Positions 24,274-38,282 of a stretch of DNA of 64,000 nt are shown here, one piece after another. The first letter of the stretch is position 1. Each line of letters starts with the position of its first letter. The DNA is from Phaeosaccion multiseriatum (Eukaryota > Protista > Ochrophyta, other classes): the NCBI GenBank assembly GCA_965112735.1, contig OZ218951.1, positions 5,208,001 to 5,272,000 of the forward strand. The letters are read 5' to 3'. The notes below the pieces were generated by a model that worked only from the letters and a program-made list of their open reading frames with translations, was not told the origin of the DNA and ran no database searches. The position numbers and the translations under genes are program-made.

Positions 24274-27200
24274 TTACGTAAGCAGCGCATCGACCACGGC
24301 CTACGTAGGAGGGAGGAGGCAGGACACAGGCAGTCATATGGGGGGGGGGGGGGGAGTCAAGTTGAGTTAGGGGCGGCTCGGTGGGTCCCTGGGGGAGGGC
24401 AGGAGAAACATCATTCTCCTTGCCTGTTGCTGCTCTCATCTCTCCTCTCTCTCTCCATTTTCTCTTTCTCTTCCTCTCTTTTTCTTGCCTCCTCTCTCTC
24501 CCCCTCCGCCCCCCCCCCTCCCTCACATCTCCCTCCCTCTCTGCACCATCAAGCAAGCATGCATACACAACGCGAACAAATGACGTCCTGTACATAGTAC
24601 GGAAATGCCCCATCCCCACCTGTGCAAGAAGCTTGGGCTCTTCCACCCGCACCGAGCCTTCGAAGCTTTTGAAGGGAAGGAAGGGAGACGAAACCCCCTC
24701 TCTCCCTTCTTCTCCTCCTCCTCCTGCTGCTGCTGCTGCTGCTGCTGTATCACCAACTGCTGCCCCTGCTGGTGACCGTGATAGTGTAGCGGTGGAGGTC
24801 ATGTATCGCAGGCCCAGTGCAGCAGACATGTGAAGGTACATGGCGAAGGGGTATCGGTAAGCTCCGATCTGCTCCTCGGCGACAGGGAGGGAGGAAGGGA
24901 GCGAGCGAGGGAGGGAGGGAGGGAAGGAGGGGAGAGGGACGGAGGAGAGGAGAGTAGAGGAGAGGGAGACAGAGGGAGGGAGGGAGGGAGGGCGGGAGGG
25001 AGGAAGGAGAGGAGAGGAGAGGAGAGGAAAAGAGGAAAGCAAGTCAGTACGTCAGTATATCAGCACGTAGCTCAGGAAAATCCCTCGACACACCCACTCA
25101 CCATTCACCCACGCACCCATTGACTTACTACCCACCTGTTGCTCCGGGGGTGGGACAGGCATGGCCACTTCCCAAACGTGTGTCCCCTCTCCGCAGAAGA
25201 GGATATTGGCCAGGCCTGCCCCATGCACGGCCACCACAGCTCGGGCGTAGGGGAAGACCCTGAGGGGAGGGAAGGAAGGAGGGAGGGGAAGGGATAGAGG
25301 GAGGGAGGGAGGGAGGGAGGGAGGGATGGAGGGAGGGAGGGAGGGTGGGTGGGAGGGAGGGAGGGAGGGAGGGAGAGGAGCAGGAAGGGATGATTGAGTT
25401 TCATTGACCTCTATAAAAACAAACTGGATACTGACTCTCACTGACTTACTTGATGGCCGCCGCGACCCCCCCCCCCTTGAACACCTCCAGACGCAGCCCC
25501 GCCCTGTCCGCAGCTCCAAGCAGGGCCTCCTCCACCTACAAGGTGTCAGAACCGATGGGGGGGGGGGGGGTACGTAAGTGCGTACGTACGTACGTATGTG
25601 TGTAAGTATGTGTGCACGTGATGGTGGGTTGGTGCGTAGGTGGGTGCGTGTGGTGGGTATGCAAGTGGGTGGGTGGGTTGATTGAGTGGGTGCGTGGGTG
25701 GGTGCGTGGGTTCATACTGCCCTTCCTCTCTCTGTATGCCTCTCACTCTCCCCTCTCTGTCTCACTCTACTCCACTCTCACTCATATCCCCACCCCCACC
25801 TCCCCCCCCACCTTTCTCACTCACTCACTCACTCACTCACTCACTCACTCACTCACTCATTCACTCACTCACTCACTCACTCACTCTCCTCTATGCCTCT
25901 CACTGTGCTCTCAGCCCCCCTCGAATCTCCACCCGCACCCCCACCTCCCACCCTACCTGTCTCTCGTTGCGCACTTGCCGTTTCAACCCCATCCCCCGCT
26001 TAACATAAATAAGCAAGTCTCTCTTCTCCCACGGCACTTCTGACGACACAAGGGTGTCTCTCGCAAGCCTCAGCCCCGCCACCGGCGCCAGAAAAGACAT
26101 GTCAGCGACGCTTGTCACCTCCACCACCCCCTCCTCATCTTCCCTCGCCCCCTCCCCCTCCTCCTCCCCCGAAGTAGTAGTAGTGGTCGGAGTGGTCTCC
26201 CGCTCAGTCTCTCCTTCCTCTCCTCTCTTCGGCCTCCAGTCCACTGTGATGAGGCGGTCGCTAGAGAGGCGCACCCCTGCCTCCACCTCCACAACGTCTT
26301 TGAAGGGGGAGAGCCAAAGGGAGTCGGTGGCCCAGGCCTTGGACAGGAGGTTAAGCGATTCCATTATGTAGCTGTGAAGGGGAGGGAGAGGAGGAGGAGG
26401 AGGAGAAGGAGGAGGAGGAGGAGGAGGAGGAGGAGGAGGAGGAGGAGGAGGAGGAGGAGGAGGATGAGGAGGAGGCCAGTGCACAGTGCATTCATCAGCC
26501 AAGCAGCAACCGCAAACAGCAAGCTGCTTCGTAGACTCGACACTGCAGAACAAGTGCAACTGACCTGGCGCGGCCTCCCTGCGCTCCGGGCACTGCGAGT
26601 ACCATGGGGTCTTCGGCGCCGGCCAAGAACGGCTGTACAGTGCAAAGGTAGATAGAGGAGCAGGCATATATATATACATACACACAGAGAGAGAGAGAGG
26701 ACACAACGTTAGAGAGAGAGAAACACACACACACATACACACAAAGAAAAAAACACACAGAGACAAAACCGGGCACATCCACTGCCATTCCCATCGACCC
26801 ATCCACTGCCATCCCTCCCCTCCCATCCCCTGCCATCCATCCCTATTTGCCTACCTGCATGAGGGCTTTACGCAGGAGACACAGCCTGGGAAGGCCCTCA
26901 GCGATCCAGTGATAGTACTCGCTGCCAGACGCGCTCGCCACAGTCGCTAGCACACCGAAGCGCTGCTCTCGCTGCAGGGAGGAGGAGGGCTGGCAGAGGC
27001 GTTGGTGATATAGCGGGCTGTTGCAGCCGCTGGACGGGAGGAAGATGGGGCCCTCTGAGTTGTAAGTGAGCACAAGCAGAGTACAAGCACAAGCACAAAG
27101 CAGGGAGAGAGAACGGGGAGGGCGAGGTGGCAGTGGGTGGATGGATGGGGTGGGTGTGTGGGTGAGTGGGCGGGTTTCAAAACGAAAATGCCTCGCACCA

Positions 27201-27945
27201 CACACACACGCATTCATCCGTTGCCCTTGTTTCGCTTGTCCCTTTGCAAAGAACTTCCAAAATCATCATCTGCTTCCACACACACCAGTCCCTCCCCTTC
27301 CCCTCCCTCCCCCCCCCTCTCTCTCCTTCTCCCTCTCCCCCTCCCCTACCTGCTGCTGAAGAGTCCCTGTCTCGATGGCACCTCATGGCATGTATCACCC
27401 CGTCATCACCCTCTATCTTGAAAGGCTCGTCATCCGACCCCTCTGGCGAGCCTGCCCTCAGCAGCAGGCTCTCCTGCTGCTCGAACCACAGCATCCAACG
27501 CGTGGTCATGCTATTCCTATTATTCTCCTCCCTCCCCCCACCCACTGCGGCTGCTGCACTGTCAGAGTCCTCCTCCTCCTCCTCCTTCCTCTGCAAGCTC
27601 TGCCGCTCTTTAAACAGCAGCTCGTAGCCGCCCCCCTTCGTGCCCACTCGTCCTCCTCCTCCTCCCCCTCCTCCTCCTCCTGTCCCTCGAGGCCGTGGCG
27701 ATGACGCATCAGCCGCAGCTCCTGGACTACCAACTGCTGCACCCAGTGAAACCCCCTCTTCGATGAGCTGGACGGCAAATCGATACCGCCGACTCCCCCT
27801 CCCTGCCCTTACGCCTGCCCAGCGGTACACTAAGTCAACGGAGGGGCCGAGTGCTTGTTCCGCGAAGCGCTGCTGCGAGGCGCACAAGTGGTCGTAGGCG
27901 CCGGTGTAGACCGACAAGGAGGTAGCGTTGCTACTACTACCCCTG

Positions 27946-28016
<71 letters not shown>

Positions 28017-28663
28017 ACTGCCCCCGCTACCAGCAGTTTTCCGCGATGATGATGAAGTCACAAATGGCTGTGGCTGTAGAGAGCGTGCGGCAAGGCCCGG
28101 GTAGAGGTTGAGGAGGGCCGCGAGAGAGAAGTGAGCGCCAAAGTGACCGCCGTCGGAGCCTCCACTTCCGAGGTGGAGTGCCCTGTATAGGCAGTGCAGA
28201 GCCCAGTCTACGGCGTCTTGGGAGGCCTGCTTGGGGGGGAGGAGGACGTAGGGGGTGGGGAGGAGGAGGAGGTGGGGGGTTTGCGCCACTTCTATGAGCC
28301 CCTGAGGTACGAAGCAGAGCAAAACATAGTAAATATCTTCCACGAGCACGAATACACTGCACTACACTTTTTGTCTCTCTCGTACCTGTGTTCGCTGGGC
28401 GCAAGAGAGGCCCGCTTCTCCCCCTGGGCCCGCCTCCTCGCCCTCCTCACAGGGCCAGTCTCGGAGGAAGTCCTCCATGACGAGGAGGAGCGAGTTGGCA
28501 AGCGTTGCCAATCCGTCCGCCGCTCTCCGCTCCATTGCCTGCCTCTGCTGGTGCTCGTGCTGCTGGTGTTGCACGCTCAGCACGGCCTGTTCCACCTTTG
28601 GCGCGATGATGCCCACTCTTCTCCTCCCCTCGGCCGACGCGGCAGCGGCCTCTCCCTGACAAG

Positions 28664-28709
<46 letters not shown>

Positions 28710-29231
28710 ATTGGCACTCCTGCTCCTCTCTTTGCAGCCGTCCAGCCTTCCCGTCAGGTCGGATATCGCTGCTGCCGAGAACGCTCGCGCGAGGAGAGGG
28801 TGAGACAGAGATGGGAGGCCACCTTCCACTACTGCTGCTTCAGCTTCTACTGCTCCGCTGCTGATGTTGTCACTTTGGGCAGGGAGCGTTGGTGAGGACT
28901 TGACCATCGAGCGAACTTGCCCCATCACAGCGATTGCCCACCCCCTCGGAGAAGCTGTAAGCCCCCCCTCCCTGTTCGCTGCATCCCCAGGTGGTGACGA
29001 CGTCAAGGTCAGGGCCACCACTGCCGCCACAGCCACCAGCACCGCCACCGACACGCTCCCCTTGCTGCTGCTGCTGCTGGAGGAGGAGGTCACGGCTGTC
29101 CTTGGGCGTTTGCCCGCCTTCGTCTTCTCGTACCCCGTCTTGTCCTGGCTGGCCAGCTGCTCCTCGCCCTTCGAGCCGCCCTGTCCCTTCCCTCCCTGCC
29201 CCCCTCCTTCTTTACGACGCGACCTTGCCAT
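24274..29231 (-). CDS. Glycosyltransferase family 61 (DUF563) protein, multi-exon, with N-terminal membrane anchor
   Basis: EYYHWIAEGLPRL, ARAVVAVHGAGLANILFCGEGTHVWEV and YLHMSAALGLRY motifs on successive exons; last exon AVVDALLT* (TAA at 24274). The start and internal exon boundaries are approximate. Confidence 0.8.
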
Positions 29232-29680
29232 GCGGAGACAGTTTATAATTTTTCGAGTGGGAGTAGGGATGGCAATCCATGGCATTCGTACGTTCCTCAC
29301 CATCTGCGGCGGGACAACTCGGGCTGTTATCGCGGGGCCCTCATCCGTTCACAACCAGACACTGTAGCAGCTTTCTCCCCTCTGGTGGAGTCGTATAGGG
29401 TGTGTGGCTACTGTCGTGTGCGCAACGCGAGGGACGGAGACGGGCAGAGAGGAGGGTTGTGAAGAGTGACTCGAGAACTCGCTTGGCAGCGGTGGTGGGG
29501 TGCGGGAAGGAGAACAAGCAGTATACGCCAGGAGAACACACTGGGGAGAGATCGAAGAGAAAGGGGAGGGGTATTACGGAGGGGGCGGGGCGGTGGGAGG
29601 TGAAGACAGGATAGCCTGGTCAATTGAACAGAGAAGCTCCGTTCTGTCGCCCCAACACAACCACCAAACCAACAACAGCC

Positions 29681-32329
29681 ATGCCTGTGCAGGGCAACCA
29701 AGACCAGGATGCCGCGTACTCCCCGGGTATCGCCAACACCGGTGATACAGAGTGCCAGCTCGTGGGTGGCGGCTTTGCCATGCTGCTGCAGGTACTGCTG
29801 GGTATCGCCGCTCTGTCCGCTCTCATTATCAAGCGATGGAGGGAGCATGAGAAGCGCCCAATCAAAGTGAGTGGTGGGCGGGTGGGGGTGGGTGAATGGA
29901 TGGGTGAGTATGTGGGTGGGTGGGTGAGTGAGTAGGTTGGTGGGTCGGATGGTAGGTGGGTTGGCAGGCGGGCCATGCAGTTAAGCCGAATGTGACATTC
30001 TAGTCTGCCTACCCATCCAGAGAGTATGATTGCCCCCCCCCCCCCCCGCCGCAATGAAGCAAAGGAAGGAGAGCTTACCGACCCCCCTCCCCCCTCTTCC
30101 TACCGCACCAACCATCCAACAACCAACCAATCCCTCCTCCCACCCAACCACCCACCCACCCACCCTCCCGCCCAAACCAACCACCCACCCACCCACCCAC
30201 CCACCTACCAACACAAACCAACCCCCCACCCCCCCACCTCCTCCATCTCATAGATCTGGGCTTATGACACCTCCAAACAAGTAGTGGGAGCCCTCTTTGT
30301 GCACGGCTGGAACATCGTGCTAAGCATGGTCTTGGCGGACTTACTCAAGAGCACGGGACGCAGTGAAGCAGTGGACGAGTGCGCGCTTTACTTCGTGTCC
30401 TTCTTCCTCGACTGCGTAAGTCAGCGAGTCACCTCCCTCCCTCCTCCTCCTCCTCCTCCTCCTCCTCCTCCTCCTCCTCTCACACACACACCCCACTGAG
30501 CCCGAGAAGCACCCACCCCTGCTCTGATTGCCTTTCTCTGCCCCCCCCCCCCCCTCTCCTCTTCCTTGTCTCATCCTCTATGTTTCCCCCTCCCTCCTCT
30601 CCTCGTTTCTATGCTCTGTGCTTTATTCAGGTGTTTGGCCTCTTCATCTTGTGGGCAATTGTTAAGCTGCAAGAGCTTTTCGCTCAAAGGCGGTAAGTCA
30701 CCAGGCACCCTTACCTTCTAATCTTATCTTACCTTACCTTACCTTACCTTGCTCGATCTTATCTTACCTTACCTTACCTTACCTTGCTCGGGGGGGTCAG
30801 GACGGGGGTTGAGCTCTATTTGTTCTCTTTCACTCACACACACACCCGCTCTCACTCACCCTCTCTCTCGCACACACAACACACGCACACACACACACCC
30901 TCTCTCATCTCCCACCTCTTACGCACACCTCCCCCATGTAACTGCCATCTCCCCTATGAACACACCCACATCCTCTCTCTCTCGCCTCGCCCTTCCCCAT
31001 CTACTGCCATCCATCCCACCCCATGCCTCCCTCCATATGTACAATAGGAACATCCCTGCACTGTTAGTCTCGGGCGACTACGGCACGCCCCCTAAGTTCA
31101 GCTGGTATCGACTACAGCTCCTGGCATATATTCTCAACATGGCCCTCACCAAGACCATCATTAGCGTGTTGGTCATCACTATGCACAAACCGCTGACAAT
31201 TATGAGCAACAAGCTCTTTGAGCCTGTGTCCAAGTATCCGGATGTGGAGCTTACTGTGGTTATGTGAGTTGTATTGGTGATGACGGGATTGGAAAGGAGG
31301 AGGAGGAGGAGGAGGAGGAGGAGGAAGAGGAAGAGGAGGAGGAGCAGGAGCAGGAGCAGGAGGGGAGAGGAGGGGTGCTGGAGGAAGAAGGGAGGAAATT
31401 GACTGAATGAATTGTTAGAGGAAGGGGGTTGGAGTGGAGGCCCCCTCCTGACCCGCTGAATATCCGCCCTGACCCATCTGGCTCGGGCCTTTTACTTCTT
31501 CGACCCTTTCCTTCGTGCTGACCTCCCCCTCTGGCAATTGCTCGGCTCTGCTCGTTGCCCTCTGCTCTGCCCTCTCCCTCCCCATCTGTCCTCTCTGCAC
31601 ACGGATGGTTTGGGTCCCAATCTGCGCCGTTGTACTCCTGAATTTGTCCTCTCTCGTCATCCCAAAAGGATTGTATGCCCATGGTAAGTCACTAAAGATG
31701 GCGAGAAGCGGGTTGAAAGCACCGGGGGTGGGTTAGGAATGGGAGAGGGGGCTTTGCCTTGCCTTGCCATTTGCTAAGTCTTATGTCGTTGCTTGCGGCT
31801 TATATATGTGCATACGTGTGTGTGTGTATGTACGTATACGTGTGTGTATATATACGTGCATGTGTGTGTGTGTGCGTGTGTGTGTGTACTTTACCCCTGT
31901 ACCCCATACCTACCCCAACCCCCCCCCAACTCCCCCAACCCTGTACCCTTTCACCCTCCAACCCCTCTGACCCTCAGGCTGCTAAACTCTTGTCAGTTCT
32001 GGGTAGTCGACAACATCCTCATGTCGTCAAGAGGCGGGGAAGGTGGGAACCACGGAATGGACGACTCGGATCTCAAGTATATGGATGTAGGAGCAAGGCG
32101 TGGGAGCGACGGTAGCGGCTGCTCGGATAGCACCGATGGAGACGGGGGGGAAGGAGGACGGAGAGAGGGAGAGCCAGATTGGGTCAATGGCACCAAGAGG
32201 CTACCCAAGGTGGTGAAGCGGGCAGGGGGAGGTGGCGGTGCGACGCTGTCGCCCACCCTGGGGGAGCTGAGCGGGAGTGGGGCAGGGGGCTACTCGGATT
32301 ATGTACCACGGAACAGAACAGTCGTGTAA
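29681..32329 (+). CDS. STIMATE/TMEM110 (YPL162C-like) membrane protein; exons 29681-29866, 30254-30415, 30631-30692, 31048-31263, 31669-31683, 31978-32329
   Basis: CQLVGG..LLQVLLG..LIIKRWRE..RPIK|IWAYDTSKQ..HGWN..DECALYF..D and VM|IVCPW|LLNSCQFWVVDNIL are family hallmarks. Confidence 0.88.
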
Positions 32330-32990
32330 CCGTCATGTCACTGTCGTGCCACTGTCGTGTTGTGGCATCGGAGCTGAGGCCACACGCACGTACATACTGA
32401 CACACATTGGTGACACATACATGGCGAGGGAGAGGGAGAGAGAACCCGCCCATTGGGAGGGGAAGTCAGCCCCTCCCTTCCTCCCTGCCCTCCCCTGCCC
32501 TCCCCTCCCCTACCCTGCCCTACCCGGCCCTACCCTGCCCTGGCCGCCCTCAGCTGAGGACTGCTGTTCGCTGAGGAGTGCTGTGTATGGGGTATGGAGC
32601 AGAGTTATGCTACGGTACTTCGGTGGTTCTTGGCGTTGGCTTCCGCCCAGCGCAGTCTTTCTTCCCAGAGCTATTGCCGTCCAGGGAAAGCAGCAGCAAC
32701 TACAGAGCGGCAGAGCAGTTGGTAGTACAGCAGCAGCAGCAGCAGCAGCAGCTGGATTTTGCAGCGATGAGAGAGAGAGAGAGAGCCCGGCATCCAGGGG
32801 GTGGGCGAAGACACACTGGTCTCACACAAGGCTGTGGACTGCAGAGCAATAGAGTGAGCACACAGATAGCGACTGGCCGCACCCTCCCTTCCTCCTTGTT
32901 GTGGGTGATGGTGTGATTGGGGATGCGGCTGCCTTGCTCTGGTGGCCGCTCCCTTTGTCGCCCGTGCCGATGGGGAACGAGCCACACTCA

Positions 32991-33057
<67 letters not shown>
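32991..33057. repeat. (CA)n microsatellite
   Basis: Pure CA run in the intergenic/UTR region. Confidence 0.95.
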
Positions 33058-33060
<3 letters not shown>

Positions 33061-33714
33061 TGAAGGCGAGGCGCATTCTTGGCCTTACTGTAGTGAGTGG
33101 AGTCTCTTTCGTTGGCGGCCATCACAGTTTTGAGGAAGGAAGGAAGGAAGGATAAAGTCTTTGTTTGTTTCTTGCTTTTTTGCTCAGAGTGTCTCGCATT
33201 TGCGACACCCTTGTGTGCACGCGCATTACATTACATAGCAGCGGCTTTGCATCATTGCATGGATCAAGGGCACTGCGTTGTTGAAAGCTGCTGCTGGGGG
33301 AGGGCGGGCCCAACCAATCAAGGCAGATGTAGACTAGGACTTTTTTATACTTACTATTAACACTCGATTTTCGACTGGTAAAGACTTTTTGGGAGAGCTC
33401 AGCAACCAAAATGTCGGTGGGAGAAGCGCTATGGCTCTTCGTGTAGCTCTTTGAGATACCTACCGATCCATAGTCTTTCGGCTTCATCGCTTTTGCCCTT
33501 CCCTACTTGTCGGCATGTCTGCAAGAGCACTCCCCCTTGCCGCCCGATCTCTAAAAAACGAGATACTTACAAGAAGAAAAGGGGGAAATGCGCACACATC
33601 CGCACATCATGTCCTGTGTCCTTCTCTTGGAGGGGCCAATAGAAGAGGGAGGACATCGACAAAAGAGATAACTGCAACTCAAACTGCAAGAGGGCACATC
33701 CAGGACAGAAGGAC

Positions 33715-36411
33715 CTAGGCCATCTGCTGCCGTATCTGCTCCACTAAGGGATGTCCCTCCCCGTGTGAGACGGAGAGGATGCGATGTGCCTCTCTGAGAT
33801 GAGAAAGAGCCCTTCGCTGCCGAGGCACTGACGAAGGGGAACCGTCCAGACAGCACAGCTCAAGCTTACCCACCAGCGCGAGCTGCATGCCCAGCAACGG
33901 ACTGAAGGCCTGGCCTCCTCCTCCTCCTCCCCCTCCTCCTCCTCCTCGTCCTCCTCCTCCTCCTTCTCCACTGCTACTACCGCTCCTACCCACCATGCCA
34001 GTGCTGGCAATGAGGGTATGTGTGTGCTGTGTATGCGGTGCCGGTGCATGGTGTCGGGAGTAGCAGGCAAAGTAAGGGGGTAGGGAGGCCAAGCCGTACT
34101 CGCACGCCGCGGGCCAGTCCTGCTGCCCCACACATGCCGTCACCAGGTCACCGAGAATGCGCATCCTGGACGGGGAGGGAGGGATATGGGCAGGCATATG
34201 GGCAGGAAGGCGTATGGGCAGCATATGGGCAAGGAGGGCGAATGTGCAGACACATGGGCACGTGTAAGGGCGGTATGTAAGGGTACGTATGCATGGGCAG
34301 GCAAGAGAGGTTGGGGCGGTGCATCGAAAGACAATCAAGGCGGAGAGAGTGAGGGAGTAAAGGCTGCAGCTCCTTCTACACACCCAAAAACCACCCACGA
34401 AAATGGGGTGCGACAAAGGTGGATGGAGCCGTGTGATACTTGCACTGCCACTGTATCACCAACTGCTGCAGGTCCATACATACCTTCTAAAATTGTGAGG
34501 GTGCAGCATACTCGAATCCGACGCCGTCGCCAACGCCTCTTCCAACAGCCTCCTGCACTGCAACAGATGGCCCCTCCGCATAGCGTCTGAGGCTCGCTGG
34601 CGACAGTCGTCGAGGGCCAGGGTGAGCGGCGGGCGTGGGGTGGAGACCTGCTTTTAGCATCAGTCGGACAGTCAGTCATTCAGGCAGACAGTCAGTCAGT
34701 CAGTCAGTCACTACTTGGTGTCCCCCAATGCATCCCGACAGTCGATAGTGCGTCTACATGCTTCACATGAGGAGAGTGATGGCGACGACGACGGACAAGA
34801 AGGTTGGCTTATGTTGATGGAGAGCGGCCTTGTCAAGTACCTACACCGGCCCTTCAACTGCCATCTCCTTCCAGTGCCACCTGCTGCTTTTGGTGAGCTC
34901 GTTTTCGTACCTCAGAGGCGGTAGCCATCGTCGAGTCCCCCCTCCCCTTATTGGGCCCCTTCGTGCTGCGAGTGGGCCCGACTGCTCCTCGGGGCTCATC
35001 TTGCCACTGTGCACAGCGCACACAGACGAACTCACACCGCGACGACTCCGATATTCCCAACGAAACTGCTGCTGTATCATCAACTGCTGCTGCTGCTGCT
35101 GCTCCTAGTCCTGCTGCTGCAGAGGGTTCGGTAAGTGCCGCACCGCGGAGGTCCATCGATACCCAGCGGCGGTACTGCTCCTGCCGAGTATCACCACTAT
35201 CACCATCATCATCATCATCATCATCGTGAGGGGCCCGCCCCTCGGAGCCATGGGAACCGTCTTGTTGCTCATCTTTACCAGCAGCCCCACAACCAACCTC
35301 CCGGAGGGCATCCTCTTTCTTCACTCCCAGTGTCGCCCCGTCTCCTCCTCCCCCTCCTGCTCCTCCTCCTCCAGCTCCTCGTCTTCCTCCTCCCCCTCTT
35401 CCTCCTGTTCCTGTTGTTGCTTCTCCTCCTGCTCCTCCCATTCCTGCCCTCCTCTCCTCGTCTTCTGCAGTGGCTCTCCTGAGCACCCCTCCACAGGCCT
35501 GCTGCCGACAAAGTAGCCCCTCTAAATAGGCGTCCTCCATCCACTGCCATCTCCCCCCCCCCCCTGTACACCTGGAGCATCCACACTCGAAGAAGTAGGA
35601 CTCCCTGAGCTCGGCTTGTCGGTGTGCCGAGGGCTGCGCGATCTCGACGTAATTAATGGTCAGCTCCTCCCCACCACCAGCACCACCACCGCCTACTGCC
35701 CCTCTTTCTCTTCCTCCCCCTTCTCCTCCTCCTTCTCTCTTGGTGCCACTTGACCCCCCCCCCCCCCCCCCCCCCACATAGCGAACTTCGAGGGTCTTCC
35801 CTCTGAAAGTGGCCACGCAATTGGGCTCACATGAGTGGTTCATTGCCACCGCCGGCCGCAGGTACAGCCCTGTGCCCAGCTCGCGAGACTCACCGTTAGT
35901 GATGGTGAATCCGTTGCACATCAAGCGGGCTAGCAGGCAGGCCAACCACTCCTCCGTTAGCCAGGCCTTCCAGAGTTCATCCTTTTTGCCATCATTATCA
36001 TCATCACCACCGCCACCGCTACTCCTCGCCTCCTTTTCCTTCTCCTGCTGCTGCTGCTGCTTCTCCCGCCCCTTGTCCTCCCCCTTCTCCCTCCTGTTCT
36101 CCTTCCCCCTTTTTTGCCCCTCTCGCCCCCCCCCTCTTTCGTTCTGCTGCTGCTGCTGGAGGGTGGGGAGGAGTAGAAACATGACAATCCTGGCCACATC
36201 TCTGAGCTCCTGCTGCTGCTCTACGGTGCGCTCTCCCATGTGGTGCTGCAGCTCCTCCACTGCCCGTAGATTGCCATCTCTCTCCTCCTCCTCCTTCATG
36301 GACGACAAGCCCCTGCTGCTCTTCTTGCTGCCACCATAACTCGTCAGCTGCTGCACAATGCGGAGTGCCAAGCGCATGGAGGGGGTTATTCGCGGGTGGG
36401 CGCGTGCGTGG

Positions 36412-36447
<36 letters not shown>

Positions 36448-37028
36448 GTGGTGGTAGTGGTCCCAGCGGCCTCGGCAGCGGCCTCCGCGGCGGCTTTGGC
36501 GGCCTTGCATTCCACCTTGTGGAGTGGCCAATCGGCCTGGATGGGTGGGTGGAGGCAAGATACGGAGGGCAGAGGGAAAACGACGGGCATGGCTGCCTTT
36601 AGTTGTTGGTGAAGTTGTGATGAAGTCCGGAAAACTCCCTGGTGGTGGTCTTCCCACTATCTCAGCACCACCCCTAGCAGCAAGCACACCCCTTTCCCTC
36701 TCCTCCTCTTTCCCCCCCTCCTCCTCCTCACCGCTTGATGCGCCCGACTGCAGTAAACTACGAGACCACACGCTGCACACTTCTTCGGGGTCTGATGCAG
36801 CTCAAACAGGTCGGCAAAGCAGTGGCTGCAGCACGACGAGGCCGCAATGTCGTTGACGACCGCTGCAAAGGGTAGCTGTGGTTGCATCACGAGCTCTCCT
36901 GGCCGCCATCCGCTTGAAGCAGCTCCGGTGGTGATGAGGCACGCCCCTTTGGCCCAAGTCCGAACGATGGCCGTCTTGGACGGCTTGTTGGCAGAAGCAG
37001 CCGCAGGGGGCTTGGTGGAAGGCGCCAT
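33715..37028 (-). CDS. SET and MYND domain protein (SMYD-type lysine methyltransferase), multi-exon
   Basis: KGACL..PGELVMQ, MYND CSHC..CAAC..YCS..HQA|ADWPLHKVEC, SET motifs NHSCEPNC and ELTINYVE, post-SET YFFECGCSRC, and C-terminal TPR-like ..SHGEGHPLV. Confidence 0.9.
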
Positions 37029-37159
37029 TTCGTCTCGCCGGAAGCTTTGGTGGCGATCCGAGCCGGAAGGCTGTGAATTTCTGATGTCAATGAAATGAAA
37101 TCACCGCTCGCTAGAACGGCCGTCCGTTTGTAGCCCATAGGCGCAAGAATCAAGCGATT
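37029..37159. promoter_or_regulatory. Putative bidirectional promoter between the SMYD and NudC genes
   Basis: Divergent ATGs only 131 bp apart. Inferred from geometry; no motif identified. Confidence 0.5.
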
Positions 37160-38219
37160 ATGGCTGACGCTCGCTTCGACGAGGTTCTCATGACCATTGC
37201 CGGCCAGCTGGGAGGGTTGGAGCCACTGTTCGACACCTTCTTCAGCTTCCTGCACCGGCACACAGGTATCTCCAACTATGCGATGAATAGGACCGAGACG
37301 GACCTCTTTATCTCTCTCTCTCTCTCTCTGTCGGTCTGTCTCCGTTTCATATCACCCCTCGCCCCCACTCTCTTGCGCTCCGTTCTGTTGTTGCTGCCTG
37401 CACAGACCTGTACGTCCAGTGGGGACCAGAGGACATGGGCGCCAGCAAGCCAAGCATGGGGTTCCCCGAAGGGGTGGCTGAGAAGCTGGTAAGAGGAGGA
37501 GGGGAAAGGGGAAGGGCAGACTCCTCTGCTTTCCTCCCCCCCCCTCCCTGCTAAGTACACTCCCGACAATCTGTTGTCTGCTCTCCATATCGTCCTGTCG
37601 CAGCTGCTGCGGTCCTTTCGAAAGTATCCGTACAAGGCGCTTAACCCGTCCGCTACTCTTGCTGGAGGAGAAGGAGGGGGAGGGCGTAAACCCAAGCAAA
37701 CACCCAAGGAGGGCACAAAAGTGGCTTCTATCGCTGCGGGGTCAAGCCTCTCTTCGAAGGCCAAAACAGCCCCGAAAGACGGCTCAGATGCCTCCTCCCC
37801 TGCCGCCTTGGAAGGGGAGAAGAAGGTCGACAAGCGCAGCAGTAATACTAGTAGTAGCAGCAGCAGCGCTGGTCCATCCACAGGGTCGAACGATGGGCAG
37901 GACGCAGTAAAAGGAGCTTCAGCACCAGGAGCAGCAGTCCCGACAGGAAGCTCGGAAGCGAGCAAGTCACCGGCCTCCCTCGTTCGCCTGACGAAGGAGG
38001 GCAAGCAAAGTAAGTTGTTCCATTGCGGCGGTATGCTTCATTCGGCATCTTTCCTTGGGGTCCGAAGGCCTTAGATGATACGAGGAGAAGTGCACATGTA
38101 GAGCGAGGGAAAATAGGCTTGTTGTTGGCACGGAGTACGAGCATGCAATCAGCCCATCTCCTGCTGTGGAAAGGCCTCTTATCCTCCATCCCACCTCGCC
38201 TTCTTCACATGTGCGTCTA

Positions 38220-38282
<63 letters not shown>

